The notes beneath the pieces are model-generated. The model was not told the origin of the DNA. It saw only the letters and a list, made by a program, of their open reading frames with translations, and searched no databases. From contig CAZJVP010000099.1 in assembly GCA_964549615.1 (NCBI GenBank), positions 64,001 to 128,000 of the forward strand: 64,000 nucleotides of DNA. The letters are read 5' to 3'. A program made the translations under genes and the position numbers. Below are positions 9,343 through 20,090 of this stretch, one piece after another; the stretch's first letter is position 1; every line of letters starts with the position of its first letter. The stretch comes from an uncultured Thermococci archaeon (GTDB taxonomy: Archaea > CAYQAE01 > CAYVLA01).

Positions 9343-10821
9343 CTATTTTCGCAGTACGTAGTGGAAGACGTTCAACTCAGCGAAAACGTAGTGAGATTCG
9401 CGCATTCCATATTCCTCGAAGTACTCCTTGGGGTAACCCTCTCCGCTGTAGGCCACGATCGTCCAGAAACCTTCCTTGCCGGCTAGGATGCTAGGCAGTT
9501 GGTCCGTTGTCAGGATCTCCTTGTTAACCCTGGGCACGGTTCCCGGCGTCGGTCCGAGAGGATATGCCTCAGGAGAAGCCTCTCGGTAGTAGTAGTGGAG
9601 GGCTTCATAGAATCCGGAAGGCCAAACGAACACCACCTCATCCACCGAGGCTTCTTCGCACAGAAGACTGGCTACATCTCGCCACTGTTCGTTCTGGAAA
9701 TCCCTGTAGTAGGGGACGAGAGGCTGTGAACATGTGAGGACCATGCTTGCAAGAAGCAGGATTCTCCATTTTCTGGTCTGGAAGAATTGGACCGAACGCG
9801 CTACCAAGATGTAGACGGGAAAAGAAGCCGCTATAGTGTACTTGGTCACGTATAGAGGGATTGCGACAAGCGAAAAGGCCAGCGGAAGGCCGACGATGCA
9901 GCCGAGCCAGAGACCAAGAAAGGAAAGTGCGCCCGGGTCGGCCAGGGAAACTTTCCACTCGAAGGTGTGCAGGGAAGAAATGGGCTTTCGGAGCTCCCAA
10001 GCGCCACGGAGTTTGGTAAAGGAGAAAAGTCCTATGGTGGCCAATGCGGTGAAGAATGCGACTTTCCACTCCTGGCCCCCTATGTACTCCGCGAAAGTCC
10101 TGAAGACGGTGGCCATTGTTGGTTTCTTTATCCACCCGATTAGGGACACCCGATCACTCTGCGCCGTGAACAGGAGCAGCCACAAAACGAAAAGCAAGCC
10201 GATAGACAGCTGAACGACCATCAACGTTTTCCCGACAGGCTCGTTTCGTTTCCGCAGAAGTACCCAGAGCAACTGGAAGCCTAGGGCAAGGACACCGTAC
10301 ACATGCAGGAAGGCCAAAGCAAGGGACGTTACCGCGTAGAGGACGAGATCCCTCCTCCGGCAGCGACGCAGGAGGCGGAGAAGAAGGATAATCGATGCCA
10401 GCGACAAGAACGCCAGTGCCGAGTACATCCGGGCCTCCTGGGAGTGGTGGATGTGGAATCGCGATAAAGCCACGATCAGGGCTGTGACGAGCCCAGTCTC
10501 CTCTTCAAAGAGGGATCTGGCAACGAGAAAGACCAGAGGAATGCACAGGACCCCGAAGACCACGGACAAAGAGCGCGTGCCCCGTTCGGAATCGCCGAAT
10601 GCGGCTGACCATCCCTTGAGAAGGAGGTAGTAAAGGGGCGGATGGGTGTCCTGAGCGACGCGTGTGTTGAATATGTCGCCCAAGGAACCCGAGATCCTGT
10701 TCACGCTGGACACCTCGTCCAGCCAGTAGCTTTCAGCCCCCAACTGGACCAGCCTGAGCACGGCGCCAATGAGGCATATGACGCTTAACGCGATGAGGAC
10801 ACGTCGTGTCTCCAACTTCAC
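9343..10821 (-). CDS. GT-C fold (ArnT/PMT-like, family 39/83-type) membrane glycosyltransferase 1
   Basis: SYWLDE, HPPLYYLLL, RSLSVVFG, SQEARMY; many TM helices; EQWR soluble C-terminal domain. Confidence 0.88.
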   Translation of the reverse strand: MKLETRRVLIALSVICLIGAVLRLVQLGAESYWLDEVSSVNRISGSLGDIFNTRVAQDTHPPLYYLLLKGWSAAFGDSERGTRSLSVVFGVLCIPLVFLVARSLFEEETGLVTALIVALSRFHIHHSQEARMYSALAFLSLASIILLLRLLRRCRRRDLVLYAVTSLALAFLHVYGVLALGFQLLWVLLRKRNEPVGKTLMVVQLSIGLLFVLWLLLFTAQSDRVSLIGWIKKPTMATVFRTFAEYIGGQEWKVAFFTALATIGLFSFTKLRGAWELRKPISSLHTFEWKVSLADPGALSFLGLWLGCIVGLPLAFSLVAIPLYVTKYTIAASFPVYILVARSVQFFQTRKWRILLLASMVLTCSQPLVPYYRDFQNEQWRDVASLLCEEASVDEVVFVWPSGFYEALHYYYREASPEAYPLGPTPGTVPRVNKEILTTDQLPSILAGKEGFWTIVAYSGEGYPKEYFEEYGMRESHYVFAELNVFHYVLRK

Positions 10822-12146
10822 CCAACCCCAGATCTGTATGACGTTCTCGATCTCCCGCTCTTGATGCTCTCAATCAGAATTCCCGGGCCGTGGACCAGCG
10901 CGCGGTAGGACTCGGGCGCCTCCGTGCTCGGTAATCCTTGTCTTGTGAAGCAGAGATGGCAAAACGGTCTGACCCGCTCATACGTATCCGCGTCCATCCT
11001 GACCAACCTCATCTTGGGGTAGCCGAGCCTCATCTGGTCGGCCAGCTGGCAGGGTTGATCGTTCCACTCGATGATTCCGGCGACAATTCTCATGGCCGAG
11101 TCAGGCCTCCCCATGATGTGAGGCGAGGCACGACACTTTCTGGATATTTCGTCCCTTGCGTCCACCACGCCGTGCGCCATCTGGATGATCGTTTCGGTGC
11201 AGCTTCCTACAAGGAAGTTGGCGCGCGCCTCCACCGTCTCCGGCCATTCGGTGTTTCTCCTCAGGGTGAGGCACGGGGTCGCTAAGAGGTAGGCTTCCTG
11301 TTGCAGACCCCCGGAATCGGTAACTATGAACGCCGCATCCTTGATGAGGGAAAGCGCGGCAAGATAGGAGACGGGGGGAATCAGGCGAACTGCACCAGTT
11401 GTATTGAAGAGCCCAAGACGCCTCGCCGCCCTCCGCGTCCTAGGGTGGATCGGAAATACGACTGGTAGGTCCAGCTTTGCAAGTGCGGAGAAAATGGATG
11501 ACAACTTAGCTGGGTCTTCTACGTTCTCCTCCCTGTGAACGGTTGCTAGGACATAGCGCGAGGGCTCTAACCCCAAGCTCTGCGCCGCGTTCGCCTCCGC
11601 AATCGATTCCGAGAGCGATGAAACAAGCGACACGATGGGATGCCCATACTGGAATATTGAAGCTGGACGGATTCCCTCCCGGAGGAGGTTGAGGGTTGCA
11701 GTCTTGGTCGGGGCGAAATGAACCCTCGAGCACGCAGAAATGGTCACCCTATTCCTCTCTTCCGGCATCGCTGGGTCGAAAGACCTACAACCCGCCTCTA
11801 TATGGGCCATGGGAAGGCCCATCCTCGACGCGGCAATCGCCGCGCCGAGAGTGGAGTCAGTATCTCCCACCGCAACGACCATACCGGTCCCGGTATCGCG
11901 AAAAGTCCTTGCCAGCACACGAATCGTTGTGGCCAGACGACTGAGGGGCTCCCGAGGAACGAAAGGCAATATTGCCTTGGGTCTGGGTAGATCGAGCTCG
12001 GGTATGTGTCTCTCGCTGAGCTCCCAATCGTAATGCTGCCCGGTGTGCAGCAACTGGAAATCTAGGTCCCTCCTTCTCATCTCACGGATGATCGGGGTCA
12101 TCTTTATGATTTCGGGGCGCGTGCCCACGACCAAAGCTATGTTCAT
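10818..12146 (-). CDS. wecB: UDP-N-acetylglucosamine 2-epimerase (non-hydrolysing)
   Basis: VGTRPEIIKM, HTGQHYD, GDTDSTL, HIEAGCRSFD..MPEERNR, TVHREEN, TDSGGLQQEA, TEWPET. Confidence 0.93.
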   Translation of the reverse strand: MNIALVVGTRPEIIKMTPIIREMRRRDLDFQLLHTGQHYDWELSERHIPELDLPRPKAILPFVPREPLSRLATTIRVLARTFRDTGTGMVVAVGDTDSTLGAAIAASRMGLPMAHIEAGCRSFDPAMPEERNRVTISACSRVHFAPTKTATLNLLREGIRPASIFQYGHPIVSLVSSLSESIAEANAAQSLGLEPSRYVLATVHREENVEDPAKLSSIFSALAKLDLPVVFPIHPRTRRAARRLGLFNTTGAVRLIPPVSYLAALSLIKDAAFIVTDSGGLQQEAYLLATPCLTLRRNTEWPETVEARANFLVGSCTETIIQMAHGVVDARDEISRKCRASPHIMGRPDSAMRIVAGIIEWNDQPCQLADQMRLGYPKMRLVRMDADTYERVRPFCHLCFTRQGLPSTEAPESYRALVHGPGILIESIKSGRSRTSYRSGVG

Positions 12147-12255
12147 CGATCCTGAGCTTTCTCGCCTGCTCTTAGACCTCGTTTTGGTAGGGCTTCGATT
12201 CATCTCGATCGAGCCTGAGGTAAGCGAGAAAAAGCCTCATGCGACCGGATTTCGA

Positions 12256-13149
12256 ATGAAGGCAGCAATACAGGTTGACGTGGACGGGGACTGGACTTAC
12301 AGAAGCTACCTCGGGCTGGAAACAACGGTTGAAAAGGACGAGCTTTTCGCAGAGGCAATGAACGCAGTTCTGACAAAGCTCGAGGAGCACCAGCTACCTG
12401 CCACCTTCTTCGTGGTGGGAAGGGATCTACAAGTTGATTGGAAAGCTAGGATACTGAAAAGGGCTGCGCGCTCCGGCCACGAGATCTCCAATCACTCAAT
12501 GAACCATATCCTGAATTTCGCCGAACTCAAGGAAATGGATGTGGCTTCTGAGATAGACGAGTCCGCCCGAATGTGCCTCGAGAAGCTCGGAGTCGTGGTC
12601 CGTGGCTTCAGGGCCCCCGGCTTTGACCTTCACCCCAAGGCGCTCAGGTTGCTCCGAGCGAGGTCTTACGTCTATGACTCGTCCGTGATCCCGACATTCG
12701 TCTATCCGTTGGCTCTGGCAGCAGATCGCCTGTTCCACTTGGCCAGAGGTACCCCCATACCACATTGGAGGCACGGGCCAAAGTTTGGCTGGTTTGTTGC
12801 ACCTCTGGCCCCCTATTTCCCCTCCGACGATGACTTCTTGACCGGTGGCGCTATAGAGGTCCTTGAGGTGCCTGTGTCTACCCACCCCACTACTCGGATT
12901 CCGATCCACATGGCCTTCAGCCTGGTCCTCGGGTCGAGATGGTTTGAGATCGGCGTAAGGTCGCTGCGTCGGAAGGGCCTCCCCCTTGTCTTCCTCATAC
13001 ACCTGAAGGATTTTCGTGCCTTGCTGGACGGGCGTAACGCCAAGGCGCTTCGAATGACCGATCACGTCCTGACGAGAATCGCAGAGGAATTTGAACCCAC
13101 CACTACCCTGGAGCTTGCGCGGGAATGGACCGCCAGGCTGGCACCCTAG
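12256..13149 (+). CDS. Polysaccharide deacetylase (CE4/NodB)
   Basis: QVDVDG, ATFFVVG, GHEISNHSMNH, GFRAPGF, YDSS, FLIHLKDF. Confidence 0.88.
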   Translation: MKAAIQVDVDGDWTYRSYLGLETTVEKDELFAEAMNAVLTKLEEHQLPATFFVVGRDLQVDWKARILKRAARSGHEISNHSMNHILNFAELKEMDVASEIDESARMCLEKLGVVVRGFRAPGFDLHPKALRLLRARSYVYDSSVIPTFVYPLALAADRLFHLARGTPIPHWRHGPKFGWFVAPLAPYFPSDDDFLTGGAIEVLEVPVSTHPTTRIPIHMAFSLVLGSRWFEIGVRSLRRKGLPLVFLIHLKDFRALLDGRNAKALRMTDHVLTRIAEEFEPTTTLELAREWTARLAP

Positions 13150-13248
13150 CCGGATGGATTCAATACCATCTACGAACCTGCTGAGGCAGCTCACCACCAA
13201 GTGAAGCGAAAAGTAATCTTCTCAAATAGGAGGTCAAGACGAACCTTC

Positions 13249-14004
13249 ATGCATCGAGAAGCGTCGATCAGCGTCATCCTGCCCATGTTCAATGAGGCGA
13301 CCAACGCCGCCTGCATTGTGGCCGTGGGAGGAATGCTCGAGCGGACTGGCCGCTCCTGGGAGATCATCGTTGTGGACGACGGCAGCACGGACGGCACGGC
13401 CTTGGCCGTTACCGCGGCCGCGAAGGGCATGCAGAACGTCACGATCCAATCCCATCAGCGAAACGAAGGATTGGGGGCCGCGATCCGGACGGGAGTTTCG
13501 GCTTCCACAGGCGAGTGCATAATCGTTCTGGACGCCGACCTGTCCTACGATGTGCGATGCATCCCGAAACTCTTGGAGAAGATGGAGAACAACGATGTGG
13601 TCGTGTGTTCGCCGTACATGAAAGGCGCTTCCTCTGAGGGGCCGCCCAGAACCAGAATATGGGCCAGTAGGGCCGTCAATACCTTGTACAGGGCGCTCAT
13701 AGATCGGGGGCTCACATGTTACACAGGCATGGCGAGGGCGTACAGGCGTGACGCCCTCCGGTCGGTGGAATGGTCGTCCGACGGTTTTGAGAGCCAAGCG
13801 GAGATCCTGGCGAGGCTGGTATTGCAGAACCGTGCTATCTGTGAAATACCTGTCGTCCTCAGCAAAAGAAGAGCGGGCAGATCCAAGCTCGCCGTACATC
13901 GAGAAATACTGGCGCACCTGAAGCTGCTCGCGCGGCTCGCGTTTCTTGCGTCGTCATGTCGAAGATCCCAGAAAGGGCAACGCCAGGGATATGTTCTAAC
14001 TTGA
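13249..14004 (+). CDS. GT2, polyprenol-phosphate glycosyltransferase (DPM1-like)
   Basis: SVILPMFNE, VVDDGSTDGT, GLGAAIRTG, LDADLSY, EIPV..RRAGRSK. Confidence 0.9.
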   Translation: MHREASISVILPMFNEATNAACIVAVGGMLERTGRSWEIIVVDDGSTDGTALAVTAAAKGMQNVTIQSHQRNEGLGAAIRTGVSASTGECIIVLDADLSYDVRCIPKLLEKMENNDVVVCSPYMKGASSEGPPRTRIWASRAVNTLYRALIDRGLTCYTGMARAYRRDALRSVEWSSDGFESQAEILARLVLQNRAICEIPVVLSKRRAGRSKLAVHREILAHLKLLARLAFLASSCRRSQKGQRQGYVLT

Positions 14005-15279
14005 CCTCAGGTAGTTCATGACCCTTGAAGCTGCCAAGAATCCTGACTCGGCGGCGGATCCAATCGTGGGCATTTCAGGGTACATCAGATGAGCGCCCGC
14101 TGTGAAAACGCCCCTTGGCAGGAAGTTTTCTTCGCTAACCAGTGTCTGGAAATCCCTGGTGAAGATCGGGGATGCGAACCGTTCCCTGAACACACGGACC
14201 TCTCTGATCTTCGACCCGAAGCCTGGGAAGATCTTATCCAGACTCGTCTTGGCCTCTTCTATGACGGCCTCGTCGCTCGCCTGCCAAGACGGATCAGCGA
14301 CGCCCAGATAGCGGTAAGCGTAGCAGATGGCCATGCCGCTCGGCCCGCCGTATCGGTCAAACAGGTGGTGAATCAAGCCACCCAAAGGTATATCGTCGTA
14401 GGCGAAGACTATGCTAAGGTTCCGGTCGATCATTCTTTCCTCAAGAATAAAGCACAGGTTGATGATCGACTGATATTGTATGCCATGAAGCTCGCCGCTG
14501 CCGCAAGGAGGCATAGATAGCAATTCCCCGCGAGGGATGCAAGCGACGACCGCGTGGACATCGATTTCATCCTTTCCATCAGTCCCTTGAACCTCCGCTC
14601 GATAGCCTTCGGGCTTCGCCCTCAAGTTCGTCACCTCGCAGCTCGTTTCGACTCTGCCGCTGTTCTTTTCGATGCAACTCCTCAGCGTCTGTACCAAGAG
14701 TTCGAGCCGGTTGCCGAGGACTCCAGTCTTGCTGCCCATCCGTACCGAGTTTTGCAGGCGGTTCCACACCCAGGACGCCGATAGGCCGTGTAAGCCTTGT
14801 TTGTACTTGACCCACGACAGTGGTTCGAAGAAGCCTGTCGTAGCTTCCTTGCCCACCTTGCTCAACAGCCATTCGCTTGCCGACCTTCCCTCAATATCGT
14901 CCCCGGTCAGGCCGAGAAGTGCCTCCAGGGACAGAATTCCCAGCCTAATTCTGCTACCAAAGGGCAGGGGCTTGAAAGTCAGAAGGCTCAGCGGAGACGT
15001 AATGCCATACAACCCTCCGTTGAAATGGAAACACGTCTCAACTCTCTCCCACCTGACTGCTTCTAAGAGTCCCAGCCTTTGCAGGAGGGCGAGCGCAGCA
15101 TCATCGGTTGGCAGCACGTTATGGCAAAACCGCGGCAACATGAGATGTCCCTGTCGAAAGCTTGAACAAAGACCCCCAAGGGACGGGCTCTTCTCGACGA
15201 GGACAGTATCCACATTGGAAGAAAGGCTGAGGGCGCAACAAAGGCCACTGATTCCGCCGCCAACAACCAAGACTCTCAT
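13996..15279 (-). CDS. FAD-dependent oxidoreductase (protoporphyrinogen oxidase/amine oxidase-like)
   Basis: MRVLVVGGGISGL..LVEKSPSLGGL dinucleotide motif; C-terminal GVFTAG..IGSAAESG. Confidence 0.82.
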   Translation of the reverse strand: MRVLVVGGGISGLCCALSLSSNVDTVLVEKSPSLGGLCSSFRQGHLMLPRFCHNVLPTDDAALALLQRLGLLEAVRWERVETCFHFNGGLYGITSPLSLLTFKPLPFGSRIRLGILSLEALLGLTGDDIEGRSASEWLLSKVGKEATTGFFEPLSWVKYKQGLHGLSASWVWNRLQNSVRMGSKTGVLGNRLELLVQTLRSCIEKNSGRVETSCEVTNLRAKPEGYRAEVQGTDGKDEIDVHAVVACIPRGELLSMPPCGSGELHGIQYQSIINLCFILEERMIDRNLSIVFAYDDIPLGGLIHHLFDRYGGPSGMAICYAYRYLGVADPSWQASDEAVIEEAKTSLDKIFPGFGSKIREVRVFRERFASPIFTRDFQTLVSEENFLPRGVFTAGAHLMYPEMPTIGSAAESGFLAASRVMNYLRSS

Positions 15280-15737
15280 CGAATTACCCTCCGGTCGAAC
15301 CAAAGCGAGTGCCCTCCGCCTCTCAATGGAAGATGCAACGCGGCAACCAATAGACCCCGCGTCTCGGGGACGTGCTATTAACGCTTGCCTGACTGAGAAG
15401 TCAGGTTTGGGTGTCGACATTCGAAACACGCCGATGCTAGATCTCGGCTTGACGTAACCGCGTGGCCCCTGCCAGCGAGGGTCGCCTTGTTGTCAGATGA
15501 CCTTCTCCATAGACCGGTCGGTGAGCCAGGAGTGTGCCACAGAAGAATGACGCGGCCCCGCGACTTACGATGGGCAAGGCCGTGTAGAACCCTTGGTACG
15601 CATGCTCGTTCTGGTCGCGTGCCGGGCGGGCCCGGTGCGGCCAGCCTGAAGAGGGCGAGTACACCTAGGGCCATCTCGAAAAACTAGGGCGGCTTGGGGT
15701 AGACATGCGGAGCAAACGCTGCGAACACAGTCAGGCA

Positions 15738-17600
15738 TCACCCGTCGGATCGCCGCCCTGACGCCGCGCCATTGGCGATGTTCAGCGAGTACCAGATCTC
15801 CATGTTCACCAGGTCGGCCAAGAATGGGTCATTCTTCCGAACCAGAGCACGCACAGCTTCTGGGTTAAGGATACCGTCGCGCATCAGGTTCCCGTTCGAA
15901 ACCGCTGTCTCAGCAAAGCCTCTGAGCTCATTGGCGTACCACTCCTCGACAGGCAGGGAGAAGCCGATCTTGGTCCTTTGGGTGATCTCGGGTGGGAACC
16001 CCATTTTTTCTAGATAGCTCCTCAGCAAATCCTTGGTCCGCGGGTTGTGGAAGAGCTCGGCAGGCGAGCTGCTAAGCGCAAGTTCGACAACCGTCCTATC
16101 CATCAGCGGATACGTGGGCACCAAGGAGTTTGCCTGGTGATAGTACCAGAAGGCTCTGAAACCGCCCGGGAGGTTTGACCGAACGCCCAGCAACCGCCGG
16201 GAGTTGAAGGGCCCCAGCACCGCCGCCTCGAGGATCTCCTCGTTCAGAACGGACTTGATGCGACCCCATTCCTCGGCCGGAATGAAGGAATCAGAGAGAA
16301 CCTCGCGTGATCGTGCGAATGCCTTGGAAAGCTCGCGCAGCAGGAAGTAGCCGGGGACAATGCCCTCGATAAGAATCTTCCACAGCCTGATGATGTGCCC
16401 GAGCCTGCCCGGGCCGCGTGCGATATCCATAATCCCCTGGCCGAAGCGCCGCCGCAGCAATCGCTTGGATGATGCGCTGAGACAACCTAGGCACACCAAG
16501 GAGAAGATTGCGTCCGCCGCGGCCCAGTCCACCCACGATGGGTAACCCCCGAAGAGCTCATCGCCCCCGTCACCGCTGAATACGACCTCTGCCCCCTCGC
16601 TTGCAGCCAGGACTGCTGCGCAGTAGTATTGCACCCCCCCGCCCGGCGGTTCCTGTCCCACCATGATCGTCTCTTGCAGCGTTCGGCGGAAATCGTTCCA
16701 ATCTATCGTCCGGCTCCTGTGAGTTGAACCGATGTGTGCGCTTGCCCTCAGCGCGGATGCCCCCTCGTCCCAACCCTTCTTCGCAGCACCCACCGAGAGC
16801 GTCACAATCCGACTACTCAATTGCTGTCGTGCCAGTCCGGACAGCGTGCCACACACGGTCGAAGAGTCTATGCCGCCGCTAAGGTACGCAAAAGGGGGCG
16901 AATGAACGGCATGCATCCTAGCCTTCGTTGAATCCGCAATCGCCTGCCAGACCGCCTCCCAACTTAAACCCTCCTGTCTCCTCGATAGATAAGCTGAAGC
17001 GTCCCAGTACATGGACTCCTCGAACCCTTGTTGGTCTGCTGTGAGTATGTATCCTGCCCTCACCTTTTGCACGCCTTCAAAAATCGTCTTGGAGTCCGCC
17101 CTCCTGCCCCGAACCAGTATCTCGGCAATGCCTGTCCTGTCCAAATTCGGGCGGGGCCGCGTTCGAGCCAGGGCAGTGAGATCCGTCGAAAATAGAATCA
17201 CCCCCTCAACACAGCGGTAATACAGCGGCCGACTACCGAAGTGGTCTCTGACGAGATAGAGCTCTGATCCACCTGGGTCAAAGAGAACGATCGAAAACTC
17301 GCCGTTCAGCCTGGTGAAGAAGCTGGCGCCCTGTGAGGAAAAGCCTGCGGCGAGCGAGATCGCCTGGTTCTCCGTATCGACAGGGTAGATCCTGCCCATC
17401 AGGGCGACGATGGGCCCCTCCTTTTCATGGTGCCATTGCACAGGCTCAGTCGGTCTGTCGAAGGCCCTCAGCTCAAGACGATTGGAGGCGTAGACATGGT
17501 CCGGCCCAGATCGTTCGGAGTCGATGTAGGTCGAGGCCTCGTCGAGCAGCCTCGTTGGGCACCCCCCGCGCAAGACGTATGCCCCGACGAGTCTCGCCAC
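15738..17600 (-). CDS. Asparagine synthetase B-like amide synthetase 1 (no N-terminal Cys)
   Basis: LNGEFS, RDHFGSRPLYY, PP-loop LSGGIDSS, SGDGGDELFGGY, YPLMD, TKIGF. GTG start has a GAGGTG SD and a conserved TATA. Confidence 0.87.
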   Translation of the reverse strand: MARLVGAYVLRGGCPTRLLDEASTYIDSERSGPDHVYASNRLELRAFDRPTEPVQWHHEKEGPIVALMGRIYPVDTENQAISLAAGFSSQGASFFTRLNGEFSIVLFDPGGSELYLVRDHFGSRPLYYRCVEGVILFSTDLTALARTRPRPNLDRTGIAEILVRGRRADSKTIFEGVQKVRAGYILTADQQGFEESMYWDASAYLSRRQEGLSWEAVWQAIADSTKARMHAVHSPPFAYLSGGIDSSTVCGTLSGLARQQLSSRIVTLSVGAAKKGWDEGASALRASAHIGSTHRSRTIDWNDFRRTLQETIMVGQEPPGGGVQYYCAAVLAASEGAEVVFSGDGGDELFGGYPSWVDWAAADAIFSLVCLGCLSASSKRLLRRRFGQGIMDIARGPGRLGHIIRLWKILIEGIVPGYFLLRELSKAFARSREVLSDSFIPAEEWGRIKSVLNEEILEAAVLGPFNSRRLLGVRSNLPGGFRAFWYYHQANSLVPTYPLMDRTVVELALSSSPAELFHNPRTKDLLRSYLEKMGFPPEITQRTKIGFSLPVEEWYANELRGFAETAVSNGNLMRDGILNPEAVRALVRKNDPFLADLVNMEIWYSLNIANGAASGRRSDG

Positions 17601-17624
17601 GGCACCTCTTCTCTCAAGCATACG

Positions 17625-17636
17625 ATAATAAGATTT
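17625..17636 (-). promoter_or_regulatory. BRE/TATA element AAATCTTATTAT (identical at 43251-43262)
   Basis: Identical 12-mer 24-25 nt upstream of the GTG of both AsnB-like paralogues, while the spacer has diverged. Confidence 0.65.
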
Positions 17637-17713
17637 TCGGATCGATTCCCCGATTCTTCGAAAGGACAAACCGACGATAGATGCAAAACCCGCGGTGCCG
17701 CGGGGGCGTGTGG

Positions 17714-18480
17714 CTCATCTTCCTTAACACGAGCCGCCGTCTCCGAATCCCTGCCCGGCTACATCAGGATGTCAGGATGGGCTTCGCTCCCCTCGCTCGA
17801 CGCGACCATCTGGCGAAGCCGCGCCCCCTGCCTTATTAGGCTCCCTGCTTCTCGCCTCTCGCGGATTGAATGGTTCAAGAATTTCGATGGCGGGCGTGGA
17901 GGTCTCCAGTCCAAACCACGAGACTGCCCCTGGGCGAGGCTAGGGAGTCAGTCGTCACCGATCGAGCCCTGCCTTAGGAGATTGCCCAAATCGTCTCCAA
18001 ACAGGGACGCAACCGAGGCCGCCTCATCCTTCGCCAGGATGAGGCATTCTTTCGATGGAGGTTCGCTAGCGGAAGAAGACGCTATCCCTTCTGCCGCCTA
18101 CTGAAGGAGCGGCGGGCGGTAGGCTACGCGGTGATGAGGCTTCACCAGGGACGTGGCACGATCATCGACTCCGGCGGAGTTGATGAGAACTACACCAAGA
18201 TTCTTCTGGGGCCATGGCAAGCACGTTGAGGTTCGACATGCTCTCAATCTGGGATTTCTCGGTGGAAAGCTGGCTGAGGCAACAACTTGAATCACTGGGT
18301 TTCAAGCAAGACGCTTTGACGGCTGTGATTCAGAGGAGGACGTCAGGTCAGGCTACCTTGCCTCTTCTGGTGCGGCCGGTCAAGGAGAACTCTCAGGAGA
18401 GCGACTGGCACGTGGGCGGCCTGGACGTTCGCAGGATCGGTAGCTGGTTCATAAAAGGGGTTTGCTCGGATGCCGAGTAG
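17714..18480 (+). pseudogene. Degraded GNAT, paralogue of 43500-44600
   Basis: Aligns by eye to the C-terminal two-thirds of the intact copy (FLNTS, LPGY.RMGF, QDEAFFRWRFASG, LSIWDFSVES..CSDA). 5' end missing; 8-bp tandem duplication TCAGGATG at 17764-17779; further frameshifts. Confidence 0.85.
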
Positions 18481-18588
18481 CTGCAAAGCCTGACTGAGAT
18501 GTCCTTGCACCACCCGGCGGGCGCGGGACTCCCTTTGATAGCACCCGGGAAACGAAGCAATTCCGCCCGCGGGGGACTGGTCGCATCG

Positions 18589-19421
18589 GTGTCCGCCCGA
18601 CGGGAAGGAAATAGGGGACTTCGGGCCCTCCGCCTAGTGGCCTTATCGCCGATGCCTCTGTTGCTTCTCTACGCCCTGCCCTGGTCCTTTCGCCTCTGCT
18701 CAACTTGGATCGATGGAAAACCTGCGGTATGGGAGGTCCTAATTGAGCCGGGCACGACGATGGCACGTAGCAGCGACAGCATCCAAGGGGACTTCTCGGT
18801 CCAGATGAACACGACCGATTCCTACGGTATCTACCTGCGACAGGAGATCTGGATAAACGAGTCGGTGCGCCACTCGGTCCTCTTGGGTCTTGTGTTCAGG
18901 ATCGACGAGATCGACGACATCGACTCAAGCGGCAGCACAGCCTGACCGGGCTGGAGATAGGCCTGGAGGGAGGAGACATCGATGCGGATAGCCAGCCCGA
19001 GTATATGTATCACTACCTCTTCATCGATCGATGCGTAAGGGTCGAGGACTTCCCAGCCTGGCAGCGCAACACCACGCCCACGGATGCACCACACAAAATG
19101 GCCTTCCTTCACCATGTTGAGTCCATTGGCATCCGGAACTTTTTCCAAGGCAACATCTCGCAGCTCTTTCTCGAGAACCTGGGAGGCTTTCCGCTTGGAC
19201 CCATAGACCTCCGCGTCTGGGCGCTCAGGTGGGGAGACGGAATGCCTGATTCCGGCATAAAGGCGACCATCGACTCTATCAACATCTGGGTGCCCGAGAG
19301 GGTCGCCATGGCCATTCTGTCCCTGAGCCTCCTCTCAGGCATGCTGAGATCGTTGCTTGCCAGAACCGGTAAGGATAGGCAGATCGATCCGCCTTCAACC
19401 GATCGGCTGCCCAAAGAGTGA
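18589..19421 (+). pseudogene. Exported protein with VPE-TM C-terminus, copy 1 (frameshifted)
   Basis: ORFs 18499-18945 and 19005-19421 are the two halves of the 44765-45649 protein. A 1-nt deletion lies near 18933 (GGC AGC ACA GCC TGA versus GGC CAG CAC AGC CTC). Confidence 0.85.
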
Positions 19422-20090
19422 TACGAGCGCGATGACCCTCGATTCCGCTTCCTAGGCACATCCGAATCCGGCCGAGATCCAGTGTTTTGAGCGCGGGTGC
19501 CCCAACGCCCCCGTGCGCTGAAACAATAACAACACTGGCGGACAGAGCGTACACTCAACATCCGGGCCGTTGGATGAAGCGGATCTCGATGGACGCAGAG
19601 ACGAGGCAGTGGGGATGACATCTCGTCCAATGGAATTTCGAAGCGCTACCGCCAGTTCGCCGGGAGATTCCTCAAAGGAGGTGCCCATGAGGTAGCGCTC
19701 ATGGAGGGCCGCTCGGCGGCACGCCAGCGCCGATCTAGGGTTCTCACTGTTGGCAGCAGGCGTATGGGAATTGTTCAGCAGGCATCGGAAAATAATCGAG
19801 GCGCGCTCAAGGGAAACGAGGAGCAGCGTAGAGTGATCCCGATTGCCCGGAAGATCCGCACCGATCATCAATGTCGTCCGAAGCCGTGCGAATCCGAATC
19901 CCGGGTTCACCCTTATGGGCGGGGTTAGCTATGCAAGTCACGAGGCTTCTTGCAGGGCCCGCAATCCCGCAACGAAACACCGCAGAGGTTGGCTGACCTT
20001 GAAAAGCCAAATGCTGAAATGGAGAAATGAGAGGGAACTCACCGAGGTCGACCGCTGTTCTTGGGATGATCGGGGAAGGGCTTTCCCCGG

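Noticed and set aside
19430-20090. Possible gene in the gap after the VPE pseudogene
   Set aside because: No frame gave a recognisable protein; probably decayed DNA.
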